DNA of 63,057 nt, filler included, from Octopus bimaculoides (Eukaryota), in NCBI RefSeq assembly GCF_001194135.2. It is 5 parts of 5 records of this genome, joined end to end, with 100 filler letters (N's around TTAATTAATTAA, not from the genome) between each part and the next. Parts side by side here need not be neighbours in the genome. Positions count along the whole stretch, not along the records: positions 30,923 to 55,719 come from NC_068985.1; positions 55,820 to 59,123 come from NC_068994.1; positions 59,224 to 63,057 come from NC_068984.1; 2 more parts are not named here. One strand, 5' to 3'. The notes under the pieces were generated by a model, which had not been told where the DNA came from, made no database searches, and saw only the letters and a list, made by a program, of their open reading frames with translations. Each line of letters starts with the position of its first letter. The stretch's first letter is position 1. The position numbers were made by a program, and so were the translations under genes. Shown piece by piece: positions 52,910 through 63,057 of this stretch.

Positions 52910-52910
<1 letters not shown>
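52352..52910. mobile_element. ~560 bp non-coding insert between (ATT)n arrays
   Basis: Complex sequence with no long ORF, bounded by (ATT)n at 52310-52351 and 52911-52975. Confidence 0.6.
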
Positions 52911-52975
<65 letters not shown>

Positions 52976-53116
52976 NNNNNNNNNNNNNNNNNNNNNNNNN
53001 NNNNNNNNNNNNNNNNNNNNNNNNNTCTTTGGGTAATTTTCTTTTCAGTTACATGGAGTGGTTTTCTCAAATAATTTCGCAAATAACAAAGCACCAATCC
53101 CATTGCCCATGTTATA

Positions 53117-53147
<31 letters not shown>

Positions 53148-55763
53148 GCGTGCGCGCGCGTGTGTGTGTATGTGTGTGTGTGTGTGTGTACATATGCGTG
53201 TATGTGTGTGTGTGTACATGTGCGTATGTATGCTGCAGCAAATATTTGCATATGTAGGTGAATATGTGTTTATGTGTTTGACTGTACATAGAAGAGAAAG
53301 CGAAGAAGCAAGACTTACAGAAATAACGAGACAAACCATTATACATAAATCCCTTTACTTCAAAATGAATAGCGATATCCTTCCCTCTAAAAATTAGAGA
53401 GAACCGCGTTCTTGAAATATATCAACATGTCAGTGTCATAAGTAAGACAATAGCTAAATCAACTTAATGTCACTTAATATCACGTGTTACAAAAGATTTC
53501 AGTAAATGAAGTCTAAGCACAAGTTCTTTTGTCTTTATAGGTTTCTCACTTCCTTTATTTCAATATTTATATTTGTCTCAGGGTCCGTGACAAACTTCGA
53601 AACCAATATTTATATTTGCTTTTATTTGGAAATGAAACACAATAATTATTTTTCTCAATTTCAACATGTCAGAATGATTTCAGAAGTGGGTACAAAGTTA
53701 CATAACCATTTTTTTTTTAATTACAAGCAATTCCACATGAAAGAACAAGAGAGAACCTGTATGGCTTGCATCAGATGATTTGTAGTTGTTATGCTTGACA
53801 TTAAAATGATTTAAGATTATAACTGATGCGGGTATATGTCATGATGTTGATACGTGAGTATGGCAATTGGATACAGAAAAATACTTCCAATAAATAAGTG
53901 AATACTATTTGATAAGTGACACATTTTTGTTTTCATTATTCTTGAGTTACAGTGATAAATTTTCCAAACTGTTAGTCTAAACTTCAGACTACATAGTTGA
54001 AAAAATATACCTACGTGAAACATGATGAGTCTGACTTCAAACATAATCAATATGTTAGCAATTACTATAGTATGCCAAGAAAAAGTCGAATGCTTTCAGA
54101 GGGTAAACCAAGCACTCATATAACAGACAATCTAAACTTGACGATTTTCTCCATTCGAATCTAGTCACTATATTAAGTATCGCAACCGTCTTTACAATCT
54201 TCAGAATACTCTTCCCATTGCTGTTGAAAACTGCAAAAAGCTTCGTAGCCAGTATTGAATTTCACTGTCCTCTGCTCATCTTATCAAAACAGTCGATTAA
54301 TTTTCAATGCATAAGGGCACACATTTTTCGCGAACAGACTTGCCCCTGTCCAGTATGATTAACTAAAAACATATTTAAGTGTCCATTTTTAAGTCGTATC
54401 TTTTCCAGAATGCCCTTCAGACGTCTTCAGGTTCCTTCATTTGTACTCATTTGCATATCCAATCTCAAGTATGGCAATCTCCACATTCTGCTTAGACGTT
54501 AGTGGTTGAGGCACAATCATGCTCCATGTACATCATTCGAAATGCCTTTTGTAATGTTCTCTAGCGCTAGATCTTTATCAACACTATAAACTTATTTCCT
54601 AAGTTCACTCTTTAATATGAACAACTGCTTATTGTTTTTTTTAACTACTACTGAGAATTTCAATTTGTCTTGTCCATTTGTTGGTCTCCGCGAGGTTTTT
54701 CCTTTCTGTCATCTTCTAGTAAACGGATCTTTGCTTAAAACCATTTCTAAGTTTCTCCTGGCAATTTAAAAAAAGTAGCCAAGAATCTTGCGTTTTTGAA
54801 ACCTTAAACTATATCTGCTGACAGATATGTATTATAAATACATATGTATTATAAATATATTACCTGCTATGATTTCATTCAACCCATATGTTGTATAGTG
54901 AAACTGTACACCCCACCGCGGTAAAAATTGGTAGTAGCCAGCAATTATAAATTGACCAGTAGCCGGTCGACAGCAGAAGGTCAAAAGGTCGGGATTACGT
55001 GTAGACTGTGTTGATAGTCATGTCTGAGCTGATATAGTAATTATACTGTGAGACTGAGTGTTCGTTTAAACGATCCAACCTTTTGAGTGTAATAACACTA
55101 CAACTGCGTTTCTTACAGTACCAGATAGAAACCTTCTATCGATGACTCCGGAATATAACAATATCTGTCAGAGCGACAACTGTCGTCAAAAGACAAATAC
55201 AACGTCATATTATCGCATTCGGAAAAATCTATAGTCTATTGTCAGACATTTACGACGCTTTGGAATGTAAAAGGAGCTTTTAGACACATTCATTATGTCT
55301 GCTACAGTCATACCTACGATACACTTATTAAAACCTATTAGAAGGACAAAAGGGAAAATTACCAGATATCTCAAACGTGTGGTTATACAGTCCATGTTTG
55401 CATAAACAACCATTAACAGTCACCGGGGCTACAAGGAAAATCTGCTACTGTGAAAGTAGTGTACGACCGTCTGATAGCCATTCAAGACTAGAAATATAGT
55501 CTCTAATCGGAAATACAGGAACGTCTCTGACAAAAGTGACATTCTTCTTGACACGGTGAGTTGATTTTATAACTTGTATAGAGTGTTATTGTTGCTTTTA
55601 CTTCGCTTAAAAAAATGCAATCGCTTACTGTGCTAACCAATCCACGAATCAGAATTCTACACATGTATTAGACCAAAATAATTCAGATACCTATATGGTA
55701 TATATATATATATATATATNNNNNNNNNNNNNNNNNNNNNNNNNNNNNNNNNNNNNNNNNNNN

Positions 55764-55775
55764 TTAATTAATTAA
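55764..55775. other. Artificial scaffold linker TTAATTAATTAA
   Basis: 44 N + linker + 44 N. Confidence 0.9.
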
Positions 55776-55820
55776 NNNNNNNNNNNNNNNNNNNNNNNNN
55801 NNNNNNNNNNNNNNNNNNNG

Positions 55821-56056
55821 TATACAGGGTGCAGCAGAAGTAACGACCTTTTTGCATTTATTAACTTTTATAGTATATAAATGCTTATTAAGTAATTTTT
55901 TTATTGAACACAATAATTTATTCCATTAATTAAAGAAATGAATAATAAACTCATGAAAAAAATCGCAGACGTTTTAGGAAATAAAAAATGAAACTCAATT
56001 AAGAACTAGAAACCTCAAATACAAAAGGGCGTTAATTCTGCTGCACCCGATGTATA
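55821..56056. mobile_element. Tc1/mariner-type MITE
   Basis: TATACAGGGTGCAGCAGAAGTAACGACCTTTT left; near reverse complement AAAAGGGCGTTAATTCTGCTGCACCCGATGTATA right; TA flanks. Confidence 0.8.
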
Positions 56057-56091
56057 TACATATGCATATATATATATATATATATATATAC

Positions 56092-56123
<32 letters not shown>

Positions 56124-56131
56124 CTATATAT

Positions 56132-56280
56132 AGGAGCACTCCATCAGATATGATGACAAAGGTCCCAGCTGATATGATCAATGGAACAGCCTTGCTCGTG
56201 AAATTAACGTGCAAGTGGCTGAGCGCTCCACAGACATGTGTACCCTTAACGTAGTTTTCAGGGAGATTCAGCGTGACACA
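56132..56280 (-). mobile_element. SINE-like 3' segment (provisionally family B-related)
   Basis: GTGTCACGCTGAATCTCCC...GCTCAGCCACTTGCACGTTAATTTCACGAGC. Assignment is from recollection; no second copy in this window. Confidence 0.45.
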
Positions 56281-56304
56281 TAAAAATTCCTCCTTTGCAT
56301 CAGT

Positions 56305-56348
56305 TGTGGGAACAATTGTGGGAAAAATTGTGGGAACAATTGTGGGAA
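56305..56348 (+). repeat. Four TGTGGGAA motifs at an exact 12 bp period
   Basis: Starts at 56305, 56317, 56329 and 56341. Confidence 0.9.
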
Positions 56349-56574
56349 AAATTGTTGCTGTCAGCAGCAGCATCACCATTTTAATATTCAATTTTCCATG
56401 GGTCAGACGGAATTCCTTGATGCAGATTTCTTATGGCCAGGTACCCTTTCTGTCACCAGTCCTCACCTTTTTCCAAGAAAGGTAATACTTTCCCATGACC
56501 AGACATGTTTTCGCAGAAGATTGGAAATGAAGGACGTTGCATGTATGACAGAAACACTCATTTACAACAATCAA

Positions 56575-56775
56575 ACTCAAGACAAATAGACACCAACACA
56601 CACACACACACACACAACAAGCTTCTTTCAGTTTCTGTCAACCAAATCCACTAACAAAGCTTTGGTTGGCTTGAGATTAGTAGGAGACACTTGCCCAAGG
56701 TGCCACACAGTGGGACTGAACCTAGAACCATGTAGTTAGGAAAATGAGCTTCTTAACCACATAGCCATTCCTGCA
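56575..56775 (-). mobile_element. SINE family A, 5' half
   Basis: Reverse complement of the tRNA-like head and left body. Confidence 0.8.
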
Positions 56776-57067
56776 TCACATATTGGATATCATATTCCAA
56801 AAAATATTATCATCTCTAAAGATATGAGGTTAATAGTTTCAAAAATGATAATCTAAAAAAAAGAAAAAAATCTTTTCAAATATTTAAGCATTTAATTATA
56901 ACCCTTAATTATAACCCTTATTTACGCACAAATATAACACCTGCTGTTGGCCAGTGATCAAACTGGCTGAAGCGTAGTTTAAATGTAAACATAAAACAAC
57001 TTTTGATCTTTGAAGAAGTTAATAATCGGGAAAATTATAATCTCAAAAGAAATTTTGCTTTGTTTAC

Positions 57068-57205
57068 CTTGACTTTTTGTAAATATTCGTATATATGAGC
57101 TTCTATGTCTTTGGAATTGGCATCATAAGTGTCCAGCAGAGAGATGCAATGATCAAGAAACTGAGTTGCGTCTTCCTCAAAAATTGTTGTCTGGGAGGTT
57201 GCCAT
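57068..57205 (-). CDS. Coding exon MATSQTTIFEEDATQFLDHCISLLDTYDANSKDIEAHIYEYLQKVK, possibly a CFAP99-like N-terminus
   Basis: Long pyrimidine-rich tract and AG before 57219, ATG at 57205, 46 open codons, AAG|GTAAAC donor. The CFAP99 resemblance is from memory only. Confidence 0.65.
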
Positions 57206-57289
57206 AGTTCTTCTATAACCTAATTCAAAATACACCAAACAGAAACAATAAAAATATAGAGAGAGATGTACATACATACATACATCACC

Positions 57290-57800
57290 ACCACCACCAC
57301 CACCACCACCACCACCACCACAACCACCACCACCACCACCACCACCATCATTTAAGGTCTGTTGACCATGCTGGCATGAGTTGGACGGTTTGACCGGGGC
57401 TAGCAAGTTGGAAGACTGCATCAGACTCCACTCTGTTTTGACATGGTTTTCTACAGCTGGATGCCCTTCCTAATGCCAACCACTCCAAGAGTGTAATGGG
57501 TGCTTTTATGTGCCACCAGCATGGGTGCCATTTGTGTGACACACGTATCTTCCACGACTGTGGTTTTACTTGACTTGATGGGTCTTCTTCTCAAGCACGG
57601 CATAATGCCAAAGGTCTCAGTCCTTGCCTCCATGAGGCCCAACACTTGAGAGATGCTTTTATTACACGCCACTGGCACAGGTGCCATTTGCATGACACCA
57701 GTATCAGCCATGGCTGTGATTTTACTTGGCGTGATGAGTCTTCTCCTTGAGCACAACATAAAGACAAAGATCTGGGTCATTGCCTCTGTAAGGGCCAACA
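57290..57800 (-). mobile_element. Family D repeat with internal duplication and (GGT)n/(GAT) tail
   Basis: Reverse complement of family D; a segment of ~130 bp occurs twice (about 57525-57650 and 57680-57800). Confidence 0.75.
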
Positions 57801-57841
57801 TTTGAAAGGAGCTCAACCACTTTGCCTCTGTATGCATACAT

Positions 57842-57899
<58 letters not shown>

Positions 57900-57910
57900 N
57901 NNNNNNNNNT

Positions 57911-58056
57911 TCAGTTTCTGTCTACCAAATCTACTTACAAGGCTTTGGTCAGCCTGAGGTTATAGCAGAAGACACTTGCCCAAGGTGCCATGAAGTGGGA
58001 CTGAACCCGGAATAATGTGATTGGGAAGCAAGCTTCTTACAACACACTCACGCCTG
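57911..58056 (-). mobile_element. SINE family A, 5' half
   Basis: Reverse complement of the family A head. Confidence 0.8.
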
Positions 58057-58092
58057 CATCTATATACATGTATAAGCGAAATAAATCCCACA

Positions 58093-58545
58093 CAGATATA
58101 TTTAAAGCACTCAGTGTTAAATGAATTTGGTTAACGATATATTGAAGCAATCAAATACCAATAAATGCAAGAAGAATAAACATCTGTGGTAATTCTTCAT
58201 AAATGACAAGTAAATCCAAATATCGCTTAGAAGTGATATTCAAGTTCAAGAAATTCGGAATATAAGACAACAAAAATAAGAATGGAGAAAATCACATCTT
58301 TAATTTATGTGTGGGAGGTGGAGGGATTGATAGGTCCAGGCAGATGTCTGTAAAGCACTCGGTGTTGGATGAATTTGATTGGCTATATCAAACAGTTGGA
58401 TGCCAATGGATTCGGGTGGAATTGACATCCGGAATAATTCATCATGTGTGACAGGTGAATCAGGGTATTGCTTGGAAGAGTTTCAAGAGGTTCGGTGTGT
58501 GGGACAGCAGGAACAGGAATGGAGGGGATCACATCTTTAATCTGT
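58093..58545. repeat. Tandem pair of ~200 bp homologous segments with directional A/G divergence
   Basis: TAAAGCACTC at 58103 and 58351; both copies end ATCACATCTTTAAT. Confidence 0.85.
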
Positions 58546-58834
58546 GATTGCACCATGAATTACCGATAATCGTTGTTTCTATTATTTTTCTTCTAAACAT
58601 TCTTTTTGAATGCATTCATCTAATGAAGATATTTTCTAAATTCACTTTGAATTTAATCCCATTTTGGACTGCTATGGTAACGTTGTGTTAGCATATGCTT
58701 TCACATATATTCATTTGACTTTTTCCTGTATCTAAATTTGCTGGCACACTAGAAACAGCCATCTACATTGTATGGTGTAATCACCAATTAAAGATTTCAT
58801 ATTCTCCATTCTTATTCTTATTATGTGTTTGTGG

Positions 58835-58880
<46 letters not shown>

Positions 58881-58902
58881 ACATATATATATATATATAT
58901 TT

Positions 58903-59110
58903 TTTCTTTCATTTGTTTCAGTCAATTGACTGTGGGCATGCTCGAGCACCGCCTTTAGTCAAACAAATTGACCTCAGAACTTATTCTTTATAAGCCTAGT
59001 ACTTATTCTATCGGCCACTTTGCCGAACCGCTAAGTTACGGGGACGTAAACACACCAGCATCAGTTGTCAAGCGATGTTGTTGGGGACACAGACACACAA
59101 ACACACACAC
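58903..59110 (-). mobile_element. SINE family A, 3' half
   Basis: Reverse complement of the family A tail and body. Confidence 0.85.
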
Positions 59111-59167
59111 ATATATGTATATANNNNNNNNNNNNNNNNNNNNNNNNNNNNNNNNNNNNNNNNNNNN

Positions 59168-59179
59168 TTAATTAATTAA
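59168..59179. other. Artificial scaffold linker TTAATTAATTAA
   Basis: 44 N + linker + 44 N. Confidence 0.9.
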
Positions 59180-59644
59180 NNNNNNNNNNNNNNNNNNNNN
59201 NNNNNNNNNNNNNNNNNNNNNNNAGACAGACAGACAGATGGATAGATAGATTGATAGATAGATAGAGAGAGAGAGACATGGTAGCAAACACACACGCACA
59301 CACATAAACACACATACACACACGCACACGTACATGGCAAACATAGAATCACAATGTATGTATGTATGTATGTATGTATGTATGTATGTATGTATGCATA
59401 TGTGTGTATACGTGTATATGGAGGTGCAGGCATGGTTCCATGGTCATGAAGTTCGCTTTGCAACCACGTGGTTTCGGGTTCAGCTCCACTGTTCGGCATT
59501 TTGGGTAAATGTCTCGTCGTGTGCATACATACAAATATTCAAACATTCACACACACACACCCACGCGTAGTAAACATATGCGTATGTACGTCTCCACAAG
59601 TACTATAACACATACATACACACAAACATCTAATATTACACAAC

Positions 59645-59865
59645 AAGGCGGCGAGGAGCTGGAAGAACGGCTAGCTGGCCGGGCGAAATGCTTAGCGGTA
59701 TTTCATCTGTCTTTATGTTCTGAGTTCAAACTCCGCCGAGGTCGACTTCGCCTTTCATCCTTTCGGGATCGATAAATCAAATACCAGTTCCGTACTTGGG
59801 TCGATCTAATCGAGTGACACCTTCTCCAAAACTCTCGGGCCTTGTGCCTAGAGTAGAAAAAAATA
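59645..59865 (+). mobile_element. SINE family C, full length
   Basis: Matches 46603-46816. Confidence 0.85.
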
Positions 59866-60039
59866 TATAAGTACACAACATACAGGTGTATAAAGACGCA
59901 TGCGCAGAATGTGTCAAACATACAAACATACATACGTACATACATACATACATACATATACGTGTTGGAAGTGAGTTCCTCAGGTAGTACTCTCTTCTTG
60001 ATGACCCCCACCACCACCACCACTACCATACAACTCCAA

Positions 60040-60860
60040 ATCAGCTGGACTTACATAACTCAATGAAGACCTGGATGTGAAATGCTCAGCATACCAAAAA
60101 AAGACCATGCATGGGTATGTTTCTTGTAGACTTGACATGAAGCGAAGCCTCTCTTGGACTCGTGACCACTACGTCACACCACACTTCGAAGGCTATGCAT
60201 TGGCAATCCAAGAATAGGAGATTGCTATTAATACTTAATCAACAAAAGAAAGAGTGAAGCCTTGGAGTTCCACTGTAAGATGCCACCGTAAATATAGCTT
60301 ACATCATATTTCTGCGATAGACATGACAGGGGATTGGTAACTGCCCAAAAATGCCATCGAATACTAACATCGTATGTGGCATGACGTTGTCGCTAAAACA
60401 TTATAAAATGCCATTCGGAAAACACAGAGAATTCCCCTGTTATAGAATACATACACAAATACCAATGCAAGGAATACTGGTGGAACATTCCCATCAAAAC
60501 ATGTCAAGTGTAAGCATAACAGACTGGCTATTGTTGTCTGGGACTAACAAGAAAAAGAATGTCTCGTCAAAGAGATCAGCTGTCCTGCTGTTGCGACTAT
60601 CACTTCGAAAATCAAGGAGGAAGAAAGATTATTATGGATAACTGCTTGGAAACCTCCATTTTCTATATCCGGATAACAAATTTACATTTATACCAGTAAT
60701 AATTGGAGCATTTGGTTTTGTAAGTAAAAGATTTACTGCCAGTCTGGATAAGCTTGGATTTTCAGAAAAAGAAATCAACCGACTTGCACATTACAGATAC
60801 AATTTGTAAGTGGAAAAGTGAAAATATGCAAGACTTTTCTCAGATTTAAAATCTGACATT
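60040..60860 (+). mobile_element. R4-clade retroelement 3' fragment (restriction-like endonuclease region)
   Basis: With frameshifts: HFEGYALAIQE, .HDVVAKTL, EYWWNIPIKT, KEISCP, FTFIPVIIGAFGFV, VKICKTFLRF*. Confidence 0.75.
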
Positions 60861-61050
60861 GTTTTCGTTATTAATTGGTTTTTTTATCCACATTCCAACG
60901 ATGGAGTTTCGTATCTTTGTTAGAAAGCAGCTTCTTCTTCAGAGGAAGAATTTATATCATTAAATACATACATTCACACGCCCATACAAACATCCGAACA
61001 TACATACCTACATATATACATACATACGTACTTAGATCTAATGAATTATA

Positions 61051-61113
<63 letters not shown>

Positions 61114-61702
61114 GATTTATATTTTCTACGATTATATGTTATATACACACGCATTCTATATACATATATACACACAAATCAGATGCAATGTACCTTTGTG
61201 TACATAACATTTAATATTTATACCTATGNNNNNNNNNNNNNNNNNNNNNNNNNNNNNNNNNNNNNNNNNNNNNNNNNNNNNNNNNNNNNNNNNNNNNNNN
61301 NNNNNNNNNNNNNNNNNNNNNNNNNNNNNNNNNNNNNNNNNNNNNNNNNNNNNNNNNNNNNNNNNNNNNNNNNNNNNNNNNNNNNNNNNNNNNNNNNNNN
61401 NNNNNNNNNNNNNNNNNNNNNNNNNNNNNNNNNNNNNNNNNNNNNNNNNNNNNNNNNNNNNNNNNNNNNNNNNNNNNNNNNNNNNNNNNNNNNNNNNNNN
61501 NNNNNNNNNNNNNNNNNNNNNNNNNNNNNNNNNNNNNNNNNNNNNNNNNNNNNNNNNNNNNNNNNNNNNNNNNNNNNNNNNNNNNNNNNNNNNNNNNNNN
61601 NNNNNNNNNNNNNNNNNNNNNNNNNNNNNNNNNNNNNNNNNNNNNNNNNNNNNNNNNNNNNNNNNNNNNNNNNNNNNNNNNNNNNNNNNNNNNNNNNNNN
61701 NN

Positions 61703-61739
<37 letters not shown>

Positions 61740-61750
<11 letters not shown>

Positions 61751-61955
61751 TCACCATTACTTGACAACTTGTGTTAATGTGTTTACGTCCTCAAAACTTA
61801 CCGGTTCGGCATAAGATTCAACAGAATAAGTACCAGGCCTTGGAAAAAAAATAAAATTATAAATACTGGAGTCGATTCAATCGATTAAGAATTCTTCAAA
61901 ACGGTACTCCAGTATGACCGCAGTCTCCTCGCTCAAATATGTAAAAGATGAAAGA
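61740..61955 (+). mobile_element. SINE family A, 3' half
   Basis: CTTGACAAC...TTTACGTCC...GAATAAGTACCAGGC...CCAGTATGACCGCAGTC. Confidence 0.75.
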
Positions 61956-62420
61956 TATACACTCTTACAAATATATATACACATAAATATTATATAAGGA
62001 GGCCAGAGATTTTATAAGCATACATACGGGTGAACACATATACATATGCATTATGTATGTGTGTATGTATGTATGTATGTATGTATGTATGTATGTATGT
62101 ATGTATGTATGCATGTATATAAATACATAGACATATGCTTGTAAATATATATATATATATACACGTAAATGTCGAACAATGAGAATGAATGCTCAGCACC
62201 GCATTGATTGATAAAGATTCTTTATTTGTGTATTAAGGCTACCGTTGATTTCATGTTAAGAAAATATCTTAACAAATTTTCAAGCCGATCATAGCATGAA
62301 TGTAGTCATTAACAGCTAGAAAATTCCTAAAACTAATTGACAATCACTTCCCACACTCACACAAATACCATATGATATTCAATAGAAACACTGTTAAACT
62401 TAGTTATAGTTGCCTCCCCC

Positions 62421-62900
62421 AATATAGGGTCGATAATGCTCAATTACAATAAAAATAACTCCACCAAGAATACTCCTGAAAGACACTGTAATTGTAAATC
62501 TCCGAAGCGTTGTCCTTTAGATAATATCTATCTGGAAAAAGAAATTGTATACAAGGCCAAAATCATGGACTTCAACGGAGTGACAAAGACATACATCGGA
62601 ATGACTGGCAACTCGTTCAAGGAAAGATACATACAGCATCTTGCGTCATTCAGGGACAAAAATAACATCTCAATCCAATATGGTATGGACATTGAGAGAA
62701 GGGAGAGTAAACAACCCTCAAGTAACACGGAGCATTATTGCTAAAACCAGAAAATGAAGAGATCGGGGTTCCAAATGTGAGCTTTGCATTACTGAAAAGC
62801 TAAACATCATCCACTCAAAAGTTAACATCTTAAGCATTAGGAATGAAACCTTCTCTCCCTGCATGCATAAGCAATATTTTACACTCCAACATTTCAAAAA
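62421..62900 (+). mobile_element. PLE 3' fragment with GIY-YIG-type endonuclease
   Basis: CNCKSPKRCPL...IVYKAKI...TYIGMTGNSFKERY..H..SF, then after a frameshift CELCITEKLNII...RNETFSPCMHK. Confidence 0.85.
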
Positions 62901-63057
62901 GGAACCACCACCCACTCCGTCGATCCCACCATGACAAGTTTTTTTCCTCAGAACGTGAAAGTTAAATATACACATCATATGAACTCCATAGAAGACACAT
63001 GCCTTCATGATGAACTTCCTCAATACACGAACATTACACACGCCCAAGATATCAAAT

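Noticed and set aside
54381-54440. Hammerhead (CTGAAGA...GAAA on the minus strand)
   Set aside because: Stems I and III do not form and there is no valid NUH triplet.
56032-56391. ORF with PTIV/PTIF repeats as a secreted protein
   Set aside because: It is the antisense reading of the 12 bp array joined to a SINE-like remnant and microsatellite.
60885-60950. Hammerhead on the minus strand after the R4 fragment
   Set aside because: Core words are present, but stem II does not close and stem I is out of register; at most a decayed remnant.

Overview
AT-rich, heavily gapped eukaryotic genomic DNA. The repeat families and very high microsatellite density suggest a coleoid cephalopod, probably Octopus (inference). 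There is no complete protein-coding gene, and most ORFs in the track are artefacts of microsatellites and N-gaps. The window is mainly transposon debris: tRNA-derived SINE families (my labels A, B, C, D, F, not database names), CR1-like and RTE LINE fragments, R4/Dong-type retroelements, three Penelope-like element (PLE) remnants, a DD34D mariner, a full-length Tc1-like element with DD36E spacing, and several MITE/foldback elements. One convincing coding exon lies at 57205-57068 (minus strand). Main observations: (1) an apparently intact type I hammerhead ribozyme at 22210-22276 (minus strand), plus four more hammerhead motifs, three of them inside short inverted-repeat elements; (2) a tandem pair at 58093-58545 differing almost only by one-directional A/G changes, resembling deaminase hypermutation; (3) R4/Dong-type and non-coding elements sitting in (TAA)n arrays; (4) a LINE and a SINE sharing a 3' tail with a compensatory base-pair change. 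All alignments, folds and translations were done by hand, and repeat boundaries are approximate.
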